A stretch of DNA of 64,000 nucleotides from Methanomassiliicoccaceae archaeon. Its GTDB lineage: Archaea > Thermoplasmatota > Thermoplasmata > Methanomassiliicoccales > Methanomassiliicoccaceae. The stretch is from the NCBI GenBank assembly GCA_040776945.1, contig JAXGZN010000001.1:473545-537544 (forward strand). Direction: 5' to 3'. The translations under genes and the position numbers were made by a program. Each line of letters opens with the position of its first letter. Positions within the stretch are counted from its first letter, which is position 1. This document shows, in pieces, positions 44,753 through 54,270 of the stretch. The notes under the pieces are model-generated. The model did not search any database. It worked only from the letters and a program-made list of their open reading frames with translations, and was not told the origin of the DNA.

Positions 44753-45804
44753 ATCCTCACCGCGAGGCGGCCGTCCGCCACACCGATGCCTCCCCAGTAC
44801 CGCATGAGCCTTGTGCCCCAGGTCACCCTCATGGACGGCACTGGCTCGCCCAGGGCCTTCATGACCGCCGCGTAGATCATGTTGGCACCGGCCAAGGTCG
44901 ATAGCACCATGGTCCCCTGTACCCTGGGATTGCACTCCAGGAGCTTTGGGGTCCCCTCGTTGTCAAGCTTGTACTGGAACCCGAAGGCGTAGTCCAGGCC
45001 GAGGCTCCTGGCGAGACGCTCCGAGCTCTGGATGATGTCCTCCCGCCTCTCCACCGTCCCGGCGAAGGTTATGCCGGACACTATGCGGTCCCTCCGTCTA
45101 GGTATCGCCAGGATGTCGTCCCCGTGGAACACGTCCACGGTGTACTCGGTCCCCGGCAGGTGCTCCATCACCATAAGTTCCGGGAACTCGCCACCTAGCA
45201 CCTGCCTCATGTGGTCCATGCGGACGCAGAGGGAGCTGGGCTTCTCCTCATAGTAAAGGCGCTTCAGGTCAACGGCCTCATCTATTATCCTGACCCCTCT
45301 CATGCCATTCGAGCCGGGCGGCTTGATCACGACCTTTCTTTCAGGCCACCCAAGGTCCGACGCGGCCTCGACAAGATCGTCGATGGTGGAGGCCATCCGG
45401 TGGGCGGGGACCGGGACCCCGATGTTGCGTGCGATCGAAGTGAGAGCGTCCTTGTCATTGGCGCAGGATATGGCCACCTTGGGAGAGACCACGACATGGA
45501 TCCCTTCCCTTCGGAAATCGTCGATGCTCGCGGAGATCGTTTCGAGCTCGGCAGTGTTCTGCGGGACTATGGTCCGTGCCCCGGCATCATAGCAGAGATC
45601 CATGAGCGCGCTGACGTAATCGGGGGAACTGGGCCGGGGGATGGTGCGGAAGGAATCGCATAGATACCTTCCGACCACATCATTCTCAATGTCAGTGCCT
45701 ACCACCTTGACCGGCCTTCGGTCCGGGTTCTCCTTCAATGAGAACAAAGTGCCCGCTATACCCGGGGCCCCCGACCCGGTAACCACCACGGTCAGCTCCT
45801 TCAT
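44749..45804 (-). CDS. ATP-grasp family ligase (carbamoyl-phosphate-synthase-L-like)
   Basis: It has a Rossmann-like pre-ATP-grasp N-terminus (VVVTGSGAPGIAGT), then KVVIKPPGSNGMRGVRII, MVMEHLPGTEYTVDV and ECNPRVQGT, the hallmarks of ATP-grasp nucleotide binding. Confidence 0.8.
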   Translation of the reverse strand: MKELTVVVTGSGAPGIAGTLFSLKENPDRRPVKVVGTDIENDVVGRYLCDSFRTIPRPSSPDYVSALMDLCYDAGARTIVPQNTAELETISASIDDFRREGIHVVVSPKVAISCANDKDALTSIARNIGVPVPAHRMASTIDDLVEAASDLGWPERKVVIKPPGSNGMRGVRIIDEAVDLKRLYYEEKPSSLCVRMDHMRQVLGGEFPELMVMEHLPGTEYTVDVFHGDDILAIPRRRDRIVSGITFAGTVERREDIIQSSERLARSLGLDYAFGFQYKLDNEGTPKLLECNPRVQGTMVLSTLAGANMIYAAVMKALGEPVPSMRVTWGTRLMRYWGGIGVADGRLAVRI

Positions 45805-45882
45805 GTCGCAGCCTCACCTTCCACGCTATGTTCCTTCGGCCCACCGAATGGGCTCCCGGATGCTTAAGCTAATGTGGACGTT

Positions 45883-46992
45883 TCACGACAGTATGCGGGC
45901 ATATGCATACTGCAGTCTCTCCTTCATCGTACCCCAGTTATACTCTCTCTCGGCCGCGTCCCGTCCCCTTCGGCCCATCTCTTCCCTGGTCCTCCGGTCC
46001 CGCAAGCTGTCCACCGCGCGCCGGAAGTTCTCTTCGCTCCAGTCGAAGGATATGCCGCAGCCCTCTCTCTCTACTATCATGGCGTTGAGCGTTCCCTTCG
46101 ACACCAATATGGGCAGCCCGAAGGCCATGCACTCGCCTAGCTTGTTGGCCGTTCCCGTCCTGTAGTTCTCGTTGGCAGGGTCTATGAGGATGAGAACAGC
46201 GTCCACCTTATCGTACTCCTCGAGCAGCCTTGAGAACGGAAGGTGGCCGATATACTCCACATTGTCATGCTCCATGGCACCTTTCTCCACGGCCTTCTGC
46301 AAACGGCCTGAACCGGCGATGCGCAGGACGCACCTGTCGGTCTTGGATGCCGCCTCTATGCTCTCCTCCAGGTACCGCATCGGCTCGAAGGTCACCGGGT
46401 TGAAGAGCACGATGGACTCGTTCTCGACGTGCTGTCTGGTCCTTGACCTCGGAGGAAGCTCGATGACGTTCATGATCACCAGGACCTTATCGCGGGTGTG
46501 CCTCTCCATCTCCGCGGCCATGGCCTCGTTGATGGTGATGGCCAGGTCCACGCGGGGCAACATTGTTTGCTCCAGCTTCTCCACGAGGCGGGAGACGGCC
46601 GCGGGGACGTCCATGGCGATCATCTTGGCGTACCTCTCATGCGCGTCATAGACGATGGGCACGCCCCTAAGCCGCGATATCAGCAGCCCCGCGGGCAGGG
46701 TGTCCAGGTCATGAGCGTGCACGATCTCGGGGCGGACCTCTCTGGCAGCGGCCAGGCAACGGAGCAGGAACAGCGGGTAGTTCAGAACGAGCGCGAGCTG
46801 CCCGCCGACCCTCCCGGTGCGGACGCGATGCAGCCTCACCCCTTCCACCACCTCGCGGGGCGGCCTTGCTCGCTGCCGGTCCCACGCAGCGACCGTCACC
46901 TCATGGCCGCCATCGATGAGCGCTCTCGCCTCCTTGTGCACCCGGGGGTCCGGGCGGTACTCGTTGGTGACTAGCATCAAGACTCTGGCCAT
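45883..46992 (-). CDS. glycosyltransferase family 4
   Basis: It starts MARVLMLVTNEYRPDPRVHKEARAL and has a C-terminal GT-B block NKLGECMAFGLPILVS. Confidence 0.85.
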   Translation of the reverse strand: MARVLMLVTNEYRPDPRVHKEARALIDGGHEVTVAAWDRQRARPPREVVEGVRLHRVRTGRVGGQLALVLNYPLFLLRCLAAAREVRPEIVHAHDLDTLPAGLLISRLRGVPIVYDAHERYAKMIAMDVPAAVSRLVEKLEQTMLPRVDLAITINEAMAAEMERHTRDKVLVIMNVIELPPRSRTRQHVENESIVLFNPVTFEPMRYLEESIEAASKTDRCVLRIAGSGRLQKAVEKGAMEHDNVEYIGHLPFSRLLEEYDKVDAVLILIDPANENYRTGTANKLGECMAFGLPILVSKGTLNAMIVEREGCGISFDWSEENFRRAVDSLRDRRTREEMGRRGRDAAEREYNWGTMKERLQYAYARILS

Positions 46993-46998
46993 GCGACC

Positions 46999-47952
46999 TC
47001 AGGCACCGGTGTCGACGGTCCTGCCTTCTCGCAGCGACTCCATGCTCTTCTCGATCATCTCGACCGTCCTCACGCCGACTATACCGGAGTTCCTCGTTTC
47101 CGTGGCGGGGTCGCCTATGGACCGCAGGAAGTTGGTAAGCTCCGTGCGGATGGTGTTGTTCCTCTCTATCCCCAGTTTGTAAGTGTACCCGCTCTCGTAG
47201 ATCGTCACGTCCTGCGCCACCGCGTCGATGAGGGCCGAGCGGTTCTCCCCTATGAGCTCGATCTGCCGCACCTTGCGGGGGGCCAGCCAGCTCAGGGTGG
47301 CGTTCGCCAAGACGCCTGACGGCATCTCACAGGTAATGTACGCCAGCTCCTCCAGCTCTTTCCTCCGGAACGGTTTCCCGGTGCAGGTGATCCTCGACGG
47401 CCAAGCGTCGAAGATGAAGTTCACCATATCAAAGAAGTGCGGGGCCAGGTCCACGATTACGTCCCGGTCGGGAAACGCCGGCTCGAGATTGGTCCATGTG
47501 AAGTTCATGCTGAACGGCCTGCCGAAGAAGTTCTGGCCCATCAGCCGGCGTATCTCCAGGAGCGCGTTGTTGAACCGGTAGATGTGACCCACCGACAATG
47601 TCAGGTTCTTCCTTCCGGCAAGCTCCACCAGCTCCGCCCCGTCCTTCGACCTCAATGTGATGGGCTTCTCCACCAGCACGTGCTTGCCGGCGTCCAGCGC
47701 GTCCTTGCACGCCTGGTGGTGCAGGCCGTTGGGAAGGCATACGTTCACCGCGGTGATGTCTGCGTCCTTCAGCACCTCGCGGTAGTCATGGTAAAGGTTC
47801 TCCACGCCGTAGCGGTCCCTGCAGAACTCCAGGTTCTTGTCCATTTGGTCCGATACCGCCTTCACCTTCACGCCGGGGATGTTGCTGTACTCGTCGACTA
47901 TCTTCTTGCCCCAGTAGCCGACCCCCAGGACGGCGACCTCGATCCTTCTCAT
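46999..47952 (-). CDS. Gfo/Idh/MocA oxidoreductase, UDP-GlcNAc(A) 3-dehydrogenase (WbpB)-like
   Basis: IEVAVLGVGYWGKK is the Rossmann segment and HVLVEKP is present. ATG at 47952 overlaps the upstream stop as ATGA. The track's 124-codon extension is Arg/Gly/Pro-rich. Confidence 0.8.
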   Translation of the reverse strand: MRRIEVAVLGVGYWGKKIVDEYSNIPGVKVKAVSDQMDKNLEFCRDRYGVENLYHDYREVLKDADITAVNVCLPNGLHHQACKDALDAGKHVLVEKPITLRSKDGAELVELAGRKNLTLSVGHIYRFNNALLEIRRLMGQNFFGRPFSMNFTWTNLEPAFPDRDVIVDLAPHFFDMVNFIFDAWPSRITCTGKPFRRKELEELAYITCEMPSGVLANATLSWLAPRKVRQIELIGENRSALIDAVAQDVTIYESGYTYKLGIERNNTIRTELTNFLRSIGDPATETRNSGIVGVRTVEMIEKSMESLREGRTVDTGA

Positions 47953-49043
47953 ATCTTGCCCCCATAGTGGTCGATGATGGCCTCGCATACGCGATCGACG
48001 TCCTCGTCGGCGAGCGTGGGGAATACCGGCAGCGAGAGAACGCGGTCGGCAAGCCGCTCGCTTTCCGGGTACGAGCCTGGAGAGTACCCGAACGCGTCCC
48101 TGTACACCGGCTGCAGGTGAATGGGCACCGGATAGTGGACGGCGGTTTCGATGTCCCGGGATTGGAGCGATCTGGCCAGGGCGTCTCGGTCCTCGGCCCG
48201 GACCACGAAGAGGTGGAAGACCGGGGTGATGTCCCTGTTCCCCATTGGCGGAAGGATCACCTCGGGAACGTCCCTGAGCTTCTCGGCGTACCGCCGCGCG
48301 ATCGCCCGCCGCCGCTCGTTCCATCCGTCAAGGTTGCGCAGCTGCACCCGGCCGAAGGCGGCGTTGGCGGTGTTCAGCCGAGCGGTGAAGCCGAAGATGT
48401 CGTGGACGTACCTCGAGGTTCGCCCGCAGTCCCTGAGCTTTCGAAGGTCCGCGGCCAACCGCTCGTCGTTCGTAGTGATCATTCCCCCGTCTCCGCCCAC
48501 GGTCATGTTCTTGGTCGCGTAGAAGGAGAAGCAGCCGGCGTCTCCTATGGACCCGGCCTTCTTGCCCTTGTATACCGCGCCGTGGGCCTGGCAGGCGTCC
48601 TCGATGATCTTCACTTTCTCCCCGACGGCCTCGCGGAGCTCGTCCATTCTCGCTGGCTGGCCGAACAGGTGCACGGGCATGATCGCGGCGGTGCCGCTCA
48701 TCGTACGAACCTCGGCGGGATCGATGTTGAGGTCCTTCGGGGACGAGTCGGCGAACACCGGCGTGGCGCCGGCGTGAACGATGGAGTTGGCGGTGGCGAT
48801 GAAGGAGAGCGGGGAGGTGATGACCTCCTTCCCCCGGACGTTCAGAGCAATGAGGGTCAGGACCAGGGCGTCCGTGCCTGATGACACCGATATCGCATGC
48901 TTCGTCCCGGTGTACCGGGCGAACTCCTCCTCGAACTTGAACACGCTCTCGCCGAGGACCATCCGCTCGTTGCGCACCGCGTCGGCCATTGCCTCCACCA
49001 TCTCGTCGGTGACGGTCGGCCTGGATACAGGGATCTTGTTCAT
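47949..49043 (-). CDS. DegT/DnrJ/EryC1-family PLP aminotransferase (WbpE-like)
   Basis: IPVSRPTVTDEM, SSGTDALVLTL, and FSFYATKNMTVG carrying the PLP Lys are present. Confidence 0.85.
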   Translation of the reverse strand: MNKIPVSRPTVTDEMVEAMADAVRNERMVLGESVFKFEEEFARYTGTKHAISVSSGTDALVLTLIALNVRGKEVITSPLSFIATANSIVHAGATPVFADSSPKDLNIDPAEVRTMSGTAAIMPVHLFGQPARMDELREAVGEKVKIIEDACQAHGAVYKGKKAGSIGDAGCFSFYATKNMTVGGDGGMITTNDERLAADLRKLRDCGRTSRYVHDIFGFTARLNTANAAFGRVQLRNLDGWNERRRAIARRYAEKLRDVPEVILPPMGNRDITPVFHLFVVRAEDRDALARSLQSRDIETAVHYPVPIHLQPVYRDAFGYSPGSYPESERLADRVLSLPVFPTLADEDVDRVCEAIIDHYGGKI

Positions 49044-49048
49044 CTTGC

Positions 49049-49501
49049 TCACTTCCTCTTGATATCGCGGGCCGGGTTGCCGGCCACCACCGCTCCCGGA
49101 GGCACGTCCCTGGTGACCACCGCGCCGGCGCCCACCATGGCGTTCTCGCCTATCGTCACGCCGCACACGATGACCGCGCCGGCGCCGATGGAGGCGCCCT
49201 TCCTGACCACCGTCGGGGTGATCTCCCAGTCTCCCACCGCCCGGGGATGGAGGTCGTTGGTGAACGTCGCCCGAGGGCCTATGAAGACCTCGTCCTCGAT
49301 GGTGACGCCCGTAGGGATGAACGCGAACGCCTCGACCTTCACCCGGTCACCGATGACCACTCCGCGCTGTATCTCCACATAGGCGGCGATCCTGCACTCC
49401 CGGCCGATCCTGCACCCATAGAGGTTGACGAAATCGCGGACGATGGTGTCCTCTCCGATGTCGCAGTCCTTTATCGAGTAGTATTGGGCCAAGAGCTTCA
49501 T
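49049..49501 (-). CDS. hexapeptide-repeat N-acetyltransferase (WbpD-like)
   Basis: LbH repeats run throughout, with a C-terminal VVAGNPARDI. Confidence 0.8.
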   Translation of the reverse strand: MKLLAQYYSIKDCDIGEDTIVRDFVNLYGCRIGRECRIAAYVEIQRGVVIGDRVKVEAFAFIPTGVTIEDEVFIGPRATFTNDLHPRAVGDWEITPTVVRKGASIGAGAVIVCGVTIGENAMVGAGAVVTRDVPPGAVVAGNPARDIKRK

Positions 49502-49548
49502 CTGGCCTGCGTAGCATCTGCCTGCCAATAAATATTTGCTGATGGCCT

Positions 49549-50889
49549 TCAGTCGTTCGCTCTGTTCCTCCAGGGCCGTCGGCCCCTGAAGGTCCCCTTC
49601 CCGATGCCGCGATAGACGAATCCCTCTGAACGGCAGGTTTCGGCCGAGAGCATGTTCCTCCCGTCCACGATGACAGGGGTGCTCATTTCGGCCTTCAGGT
49701 TGTGCAGGTCGAGGCCCCAGTAGCAGGAATGATCTGTCACGATGACCAGGCAGTCCGCTCCGTTGACCGCCTCTTCGAGCTCGCGCACAAGGGGCGCGCG
49801 GTATCCCTTCGCCACGTACGGGTCGTGGACCACCAGGTCAGCGCGGCCGTGCAGCCGGTCGATGATGGTCAGCGCCGGCGAGTGTCTCGTGTCGTCCGAG
49901 TCCCGGAGGAACGCCAGGCCTAGAATGGCGACCCGGGAGCTCTCGATCTCCCGGCCGGCCTCCGATAGCGCATCCTCTACCAGCTCGACCATGTGCACCG
50001 GCATGTGCTCGTTCGTCTCGCGAGCGGAGGTGATGATCGTCGGCTTGAACTCGTTGAGCGACGAGGTGAACAGCCACGAGTCCTTCGGAAGGCAATGGCC
50101 GCCCACGCCGGCCCCGGGGATGTGCATGTCGCGGAAGGGGCAGGTGTTGACGAGGCGCCGCACTTCGAACGCGTCGGCGCCCAGCTCCTCGCAGGCGAGC
50201 GCGACCTCATTGGCGAACGCGATCTGCACGTCCCGGTAGGCGTTCTCCAGCGTCTTGGATATCTCGGCGTGCAGCAGATCGGAGGTATGCAGCTTCCCTT
50301 CCATGATCATGGAGTACAGCTTCTTTCCAGCCTCCACCGATGGAGGGTCGTACCCCCCGAGGACCCGGTCGTACTCCTTCAGGTTCCTCAACAACCGGCC
50401 CGGCATCACTCGCTCGGGACAGTGCACCAAGAGAAAATCCCTCCCCGTCTTCATGCCGCTGGACTCCTCGATAATAGGTATCACCAGATCCTGCATGGTC
50501 CGCGGAGGGAGCGTTGACTCGATGGACACCAGCGCCCCATGGCGCATGTGCTTCCCTACCGAGCTCACGGCGGACCTAAGGATGTCGAGCACCGGCCTCT
50601 TAGTGGCCTCGTCGATAGGCGTGTCCACACAAACGATGATGGCGTCCGCGGCCGATATCCGGGCGTAGTCGGTCGTCGCCACGAGCCTTCCGCTCCCGGC
50701 CGCCTCGGACATCAGTTCGGCCAGGCCGGGCTCCTCTCCCTCGATCGGCGATATGCCGCGGTTGATCTTGTCCACCCGCTCAGCGTCGATGTCCACTGCC
50801 AGCGTGCAAGCGCCCTTGGAGGCGAACATGCACGCTACCGGAAGCCCTACATATCCCGCTCCAATGATGGCGACCGACCGGATGCTCAT
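49549..50889 (-). CDS. UDP-N-acetyl-hexosamine 6-dehydrogenase (UDP-glucose/GDP-mannose dehydrogenase family; WbpA/WecC-like)
   Basis: VAIIGAGYVGLPVA is the NAD-binding segment, and the catalytic region GVGGHCLPKD is present, at 446 aa. Confidence 0.85.
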   Translation of the reverse strand: MSIRSVAIIGAGYVGLPVACMFASKGACTLAVDIDAERVDKINRGISPIEGEEPGLAELMSEAAGSGRLVATTDYARISAADAIIVCVDTPIDEATKRPVLDILRSAVSSVGKHMRHGALVSIESTLPPRTMQDLVIPIIEESSGMKTGRDFLLVHCPERVMPGRLLRNLKEYDRVLGGYDPPSVEAGKKLYSMIMEGKLHTSDLLHAEISKTLENAYRDVQIAFANEVALACEELGADAFEVRRLVNTCPFRDMHIPGAGVGGHCLPKDSWLFTSSLNEFKPTIITSARETNEHMPVHMVELVEDALSEAGREIESSRVAILGLAFLRDSDDTRHSPALTIIDRLHGRADLVVHDPYVAKGYRAPLVRELEEAVNGADCLVIVTDHSCYWGLDLHNLKAEMSTPVIVDGRNMLSAETCRSEGFVYRGIGKGTFRGRRPWRNRAND

Positions 50890-50987
50890 GCCGCCAGCAA
50901 CGGGGACGCCGGACTTAAGGGTTTTGTGAGCGGTCCGTACTGGCTCTGTGGAAAAGGTTTAGAAGCGAGGACGACGCTTATCGCGGC

Positions 50988-51962
50988 ATGCTCAGGGTGG
51001 GAGTGATCGGCACCGGTTCCATGGGTCAGAACCATGCCCGCATATATTCAGAGATGGGTTGCCTGGCCGGCATCTTCGACGTGGACGCCGAGGCCGCTGG
51101 CAAGGTATCCCGTAAGCTCGGCGTCACGCCGTGCTCCAACATGGACGATCTCTTCCGGAACGTTGACGCGGTTAGCGTTTGCACCCCGACCCATTGCCAT
51201 TATGACACAGCTGTTAAGGCCATCGAGCTCGGAAAGGCGGTGCTGGTGGAGAAGCCGTTCACCGGGGATGTGGAGAAGGCCAGGAAGATATGCGAGCTGG
51301 CAGAGAACAAGGGCGTCACCATCGCCTCTGGGTTCGTGGAGCGCTTCAATCCCGTGGTGTCCGCGACCAGGGACGCCATCACCTCCGGCCGCTTCGGCAA
51401 GGTGGTGTCCATAGCTTCACGCCGCGTGTCATCGTATCCTTTCCGTATCCGCGACGTCGGGGTCATCATGGACCTGGCCATTCACGACGTGGATGTCATA
51501 CGATACCTTACAAGGGAGCGGATCGACTCGGTGTACGCGCTGGGCGGGAAGATGTCCAACGACCGCTTCGAGGATCACGCCACCCTGCTGCTGCAGACGG
51601 CCAGCGGTTCAACGGGCATGGTCGAGGTGAACTGGCTGACCCCGATGAAGGTGCGCAAGGTCTCCATCACCTGCTCCGACGGCTATGCGGTTATGGACTA
51701 CATGGACCAGAGCCTGCAGTTCTCGACTTCCCGCATGGACCACATTGACACATCGAACATGGCCTCCATGCCCATCGAACTGGACACCCATCAGGTGTAC
51801 GTCCGCAGGGAGGAGCCGCTGAAGCGGGAGCTCACGAGCTTCGTGGACGCGGCGGAAAGGGGCGACCGGTCGGAATGCGACGGCTGGAACGCCCTGGACA
51901 ATGTGACCATCTGCTCCGCGGCGCTGACATCTATGAAAAAAGGGTGCCGCGTGTCGGTCTAA
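50988..51962 (+). CDS. second Gfo/Idh/MocA oxidoreductase (WbpB-like paralog)
   Basis: LRVGVIGTGSMGQNHARIY and AVLVEKP are present. It is divergent from the wbpA-like operon. Confidence 0.8.
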   Translation: MLRVGVIGTGSMGQNHARIYSEMGCLAGIFDVDAEAAGKVSRKLGVTPCSNMDDLFRNVDAVSVCTPTHCHYDTAVKAIELGKAVLVEKPFTGDVEKARKICELAENKGVTIASGFVERFNPVVSATRDAITSGRFGKVVSIASRRVSSYPFRIRDVGVIMDLAIHDVDVIRYLTRERIDSVYALGGKMSNDRFEDHATLLLQTASGSTGMVEVNWLTPMKVRKVSITCSDGYAVMDYMDQSLQFSTSRMDHIDTSNMASMPIELDTHQVYVRREEPLKRELTSFVDAAERGDRSECDGWNALDNVTICSAALTSMKKGCRVSV

Positions 51963-52166
51963 GCCAGCCCCGCGCTTCGGTCCTCGGCGCACCGCCGGCT
52001 GTCCTCACGCGCTGCGCCACGAGCTCGCGGGACCTTTTCCGTGTCGGATATGATGTAAGACCATTGTGACGGGGGACATGGTCTTCTCGATCGGACGGGG
52101 AATTTGAGCGCTCGAGGCCCAAAGCGTTCCTTTGGCAATGCCATCGTCCCGATATGCGACACCAAC

Positions 52167-52180
52167 CTTTTTTATGATAG
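52167..52180 (+). promoter_or_regulatory. TATA-like box (CTTTTTTATGATAG) for the GT2 gene
   Basis: It is about 29 nt upstream of ATG 52203. Confidence 0.4.
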
Positions 52181-52202
52181 TTAACGCATAGTGTGACCTC
52201 TC

Positions 52203-53021
52203 ATGTTGGTGAGCGTGGTCCTGAACATCATGAACGAGGAGCGGTACATCGCCGATCTCCTGGACAGCCTGGTCATACAGGAGGGTCCGCTGGAGATCGT
52301 GGTCGTGGACGCTGGCTCCCAGGACCGCACCCGGGACATCGTGGGCAGTTACGAGGCCAAGTATCCTGACCTGATCAGGATGCACGTGCACCCTGGCAGG
52401 CGGGGAGAGAGCACCAACTACGGGATATCGAAGGCCCGCGGAGAGATTATCGCCTTCACCGGCGGCGATGATCTCGCGAACCCCAACTGGGTCCGCGAGC
52501 TGAGGAGGAGCTTCGAGCAGGGCGCAGACATCGTCGCAGGCCGCTCGATCATGATCGGCCTCAAGGCCTGGGAGGACCTTGACCGCGTGGAGCTTTTCCA
52601 CAAGGGCTACGACGTATCGTACCCCTCGGCGAACATGGCCTTCCGCCGGGAGGTACTGCAGAAGGTGGGAGGGTTCGACACCTGGTTCATCACCGCCGAA
52701 GACATTGACCTTAACTATCGAGCCGTCGACGCTGGGTACAGGATCACTTGGAACCCCGACGCCATAGTGTATCGACGCACGAAGTCCACGGTCTACGGGT
52801 TCTTCAAGCAGGCGTTCTGGAACGGGGCGGGCAGGAAGCAGCTTACCCTGAAGCATGGCAACCTGTGGGGTCGCTACGACCCGCTTCGCATGTTCAAGCA
52901 GAAGATGACCTTCTGGGCGCTAATGCGCCTCGCCGTAGCGCTTATGGGCTACATCGGCTTCAAGCTGTTCGACGACAAGGGCCCCTATGGCAGGAAGAAA
53001 CGGGCCAGCCGAGCCGACTAG
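52203..53021 (+). CDS. glycosyltransferase family 2
   Basis: VSVVLNIMNEERYIADLLDSL...VVVDAGSQD and DDL (a DxD-like motif) give a GT-A N-terminus. Confidence 0.85.
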   Translation: MLVSVVLNIMNEERYIADLLDSLVIQEGPLEIVVVDAGSQDRTRDIVGSYEAKYPDLIRMHVHPGRRGESTNYGISKARGEIIAFTGGDDLANPNWVRELRRSFEQGADIVAGRSIMIGLKAWEDLDRVELFHKGYDVSYPSANMAFRREVLQKVGGFDTWFITAEDIDLNYRAVDAGYRITWNPDAIVYRRTKSTVYGFFKQAFWNGAGRKQLTLKHGNLWGRYDPLRMFKQKMTFWALMRLAVALMGYIGFKLFDDKGPYGRKKRASRAD

Positions 53022-53069
53022 GCCGGGCACATTATTATATTCACTTTCCGTTCATGTTGAGGGTCCTTC

Positions 53070-53768
53070 TTGAAGCTCAGCATAGTCATCCCCACGCTAA
53101 ACGAGGCGAAGAGCATTGGCGAGGTCATCGACGAGCTGAGGTCTAACCTTGACGGCAGGGGTCTCGATTACGAGATCATGATCGTCGACGGCCGTTCGAG
53201 CGATGACACCAGGAGCATCGCCGGGGAGCGGGGGGCGGTGATCGTGGACGAGCCCCGAAAAGGCTATGGCAGAGCGTATAAGACCGGCTTCGAGCGGGCG
53301 CGGGGAGACATAATCGCCACCATGGACGGCGACTGGACGTACCCGGCCGAGGCCATATTGCCACTGATGGAGATGCTGGAGCGTGATGATCTGGAGTTCA
53401 TCACCACCGACCGCTTCGGCCACATGGAGCCGGGAGCGATGAGCAACATGCACAAGATCGGGAACCTGGCGCTCTCGTTCACCACCCGCCTGCTGTTCGG
53501 CCGCAAGATCCGGGACTCGCAGAGCGGTATGTGGGTGTTCCGCCGGGAAGCGCTCAGCAAGCTCAACCTCACCAACGACGGGATGCCCTTCTCCGAGGAG
53601 ATCAAGATCGAGGCGTTCCGCAAGCTGCGCTCCAGGGAGGTCATGATAGCCTACCGCAAGCGGGTGGGCGAGGTCAAGCTGTCCTCGTGGCGTGACGGCT
53701 GGTACAACTTCAGCTTCCTTCTGATCAAGAGGTTCCGGGGACCTAAAGATAGGTCCTTGCATTCCTGA
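53070..53768 (+). CDS. glycosyltransferase family 2, dolichyl-phosphate hexose synthase (DPM1)-like
   Basis: LSIVIPTLNEAKSIGEVIDEL...IMIVDGRSSDDT...GYGRAYKTGF...TMDGDWTYP are present. The start is TTG. Confidence 0.85.
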   Translation: MKLSIVIPTLNEAKSIGEVIDELRSNLDGRGLDYEIMIVDGRSSDDTRSIAGERGAVIVDEPRKGYGRAYKTGFERARGDIIATMDGDWTYPAEAILPLMEMLERDDLEFITTDRFGHMEPGAMSNMHKIGNLALSFTTRLLFGRKIRDSQSGMWVFRREALSKLNLTNDGMPFSEEIKIEAFRKLRSREVMIAYRKRVGEVKLSSWRDGWYNFSFLLIKRFRGPKDRSLHS

Positions 53769-54270
53769 TGCTCTCCCGGATGCTGTCCTTCACTTTTCGG
53801 TTATAAAAGCTGGCCGCCGGGTGATAGGCTGGTATGAGGATAGCATCCTTTCCCCTGATGGTTATCTTGCGGGGCCTGTTCACCTCGTCCCTCATGACCA
53901 CCGGACGCTTCAGCAGGTCCCTGGCCGCCGAGCGGCCTAGGGTTATGATCACCTTGCGGCCCTCCAGCTCGGACTCCAGGCAGGGGAGGCAGGCGTCCAT
54001 CTCCGCCTGGGTCGGCTCCCGGTTCCCTGGGGGCCGGCACTTAACGGTGTTGGTGATGAAGACCTTGCTGCGGTCGAGGCCTTCCTCTTCCAGGAGCTGA
54101 TTGAGGACCCGCCCTGACAAGCCGACGAACGGTCTGCCAGCCTCGTCCTCCTTGGCCCCCGGGGCCTCGCCTACGAATGCGATCGGCGACGATGGGTCGC
54201 CCTCAGGCATCACCACATTGGTACGACCCGTGCAAAGCGCGCAGCGCCGACAATCCTTGGACGCGGTCAT
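53743..54270 (-). CDS. udg: uracil-DNA glycosylase, family 4
   Basis: CRRCALC (Fe-S Cys), FVGEAPGAKEDEAGRPFVGLSGRVL and HPAA are present. ATG at 54270 overlaps the pyrE stop as ATGA. Confidence 0.85.
   Translation of the reverse strand: MTASKDCRRCALCTGRTNVVMPEGDPSSPIAFVGEAPGAKEDEAGRPFVGLSGRVLNQLLEEEGLDRSKVFITNTVKCRPPGNREPTQAEMDACLPCLESELEGRKVIITLGRSAARDLLKRPVVMRDEVNRPRKITIRGKDAILIPAYHPAASFYNRKVKDSIRESIRNARTYL

Noticed and set aside
52005-52856. 283-aa minus-strand ORF opposite the GT2 gene
   Set aside because: Its composition is Arg/Pro/His/Gly/Val-rich and typical of an antisense frame in GC-rich DNA. The plus strand encodes a clear GT2 family protein over the same span.
53743-53768. 26-nt convergent overlap of udg and the GT2 gene as a regulatory antisense feature
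   Set aside because: Short convergent 3' overlaps are common in compact archaeal genomes. There is no additional structure or motif to support a specific function.
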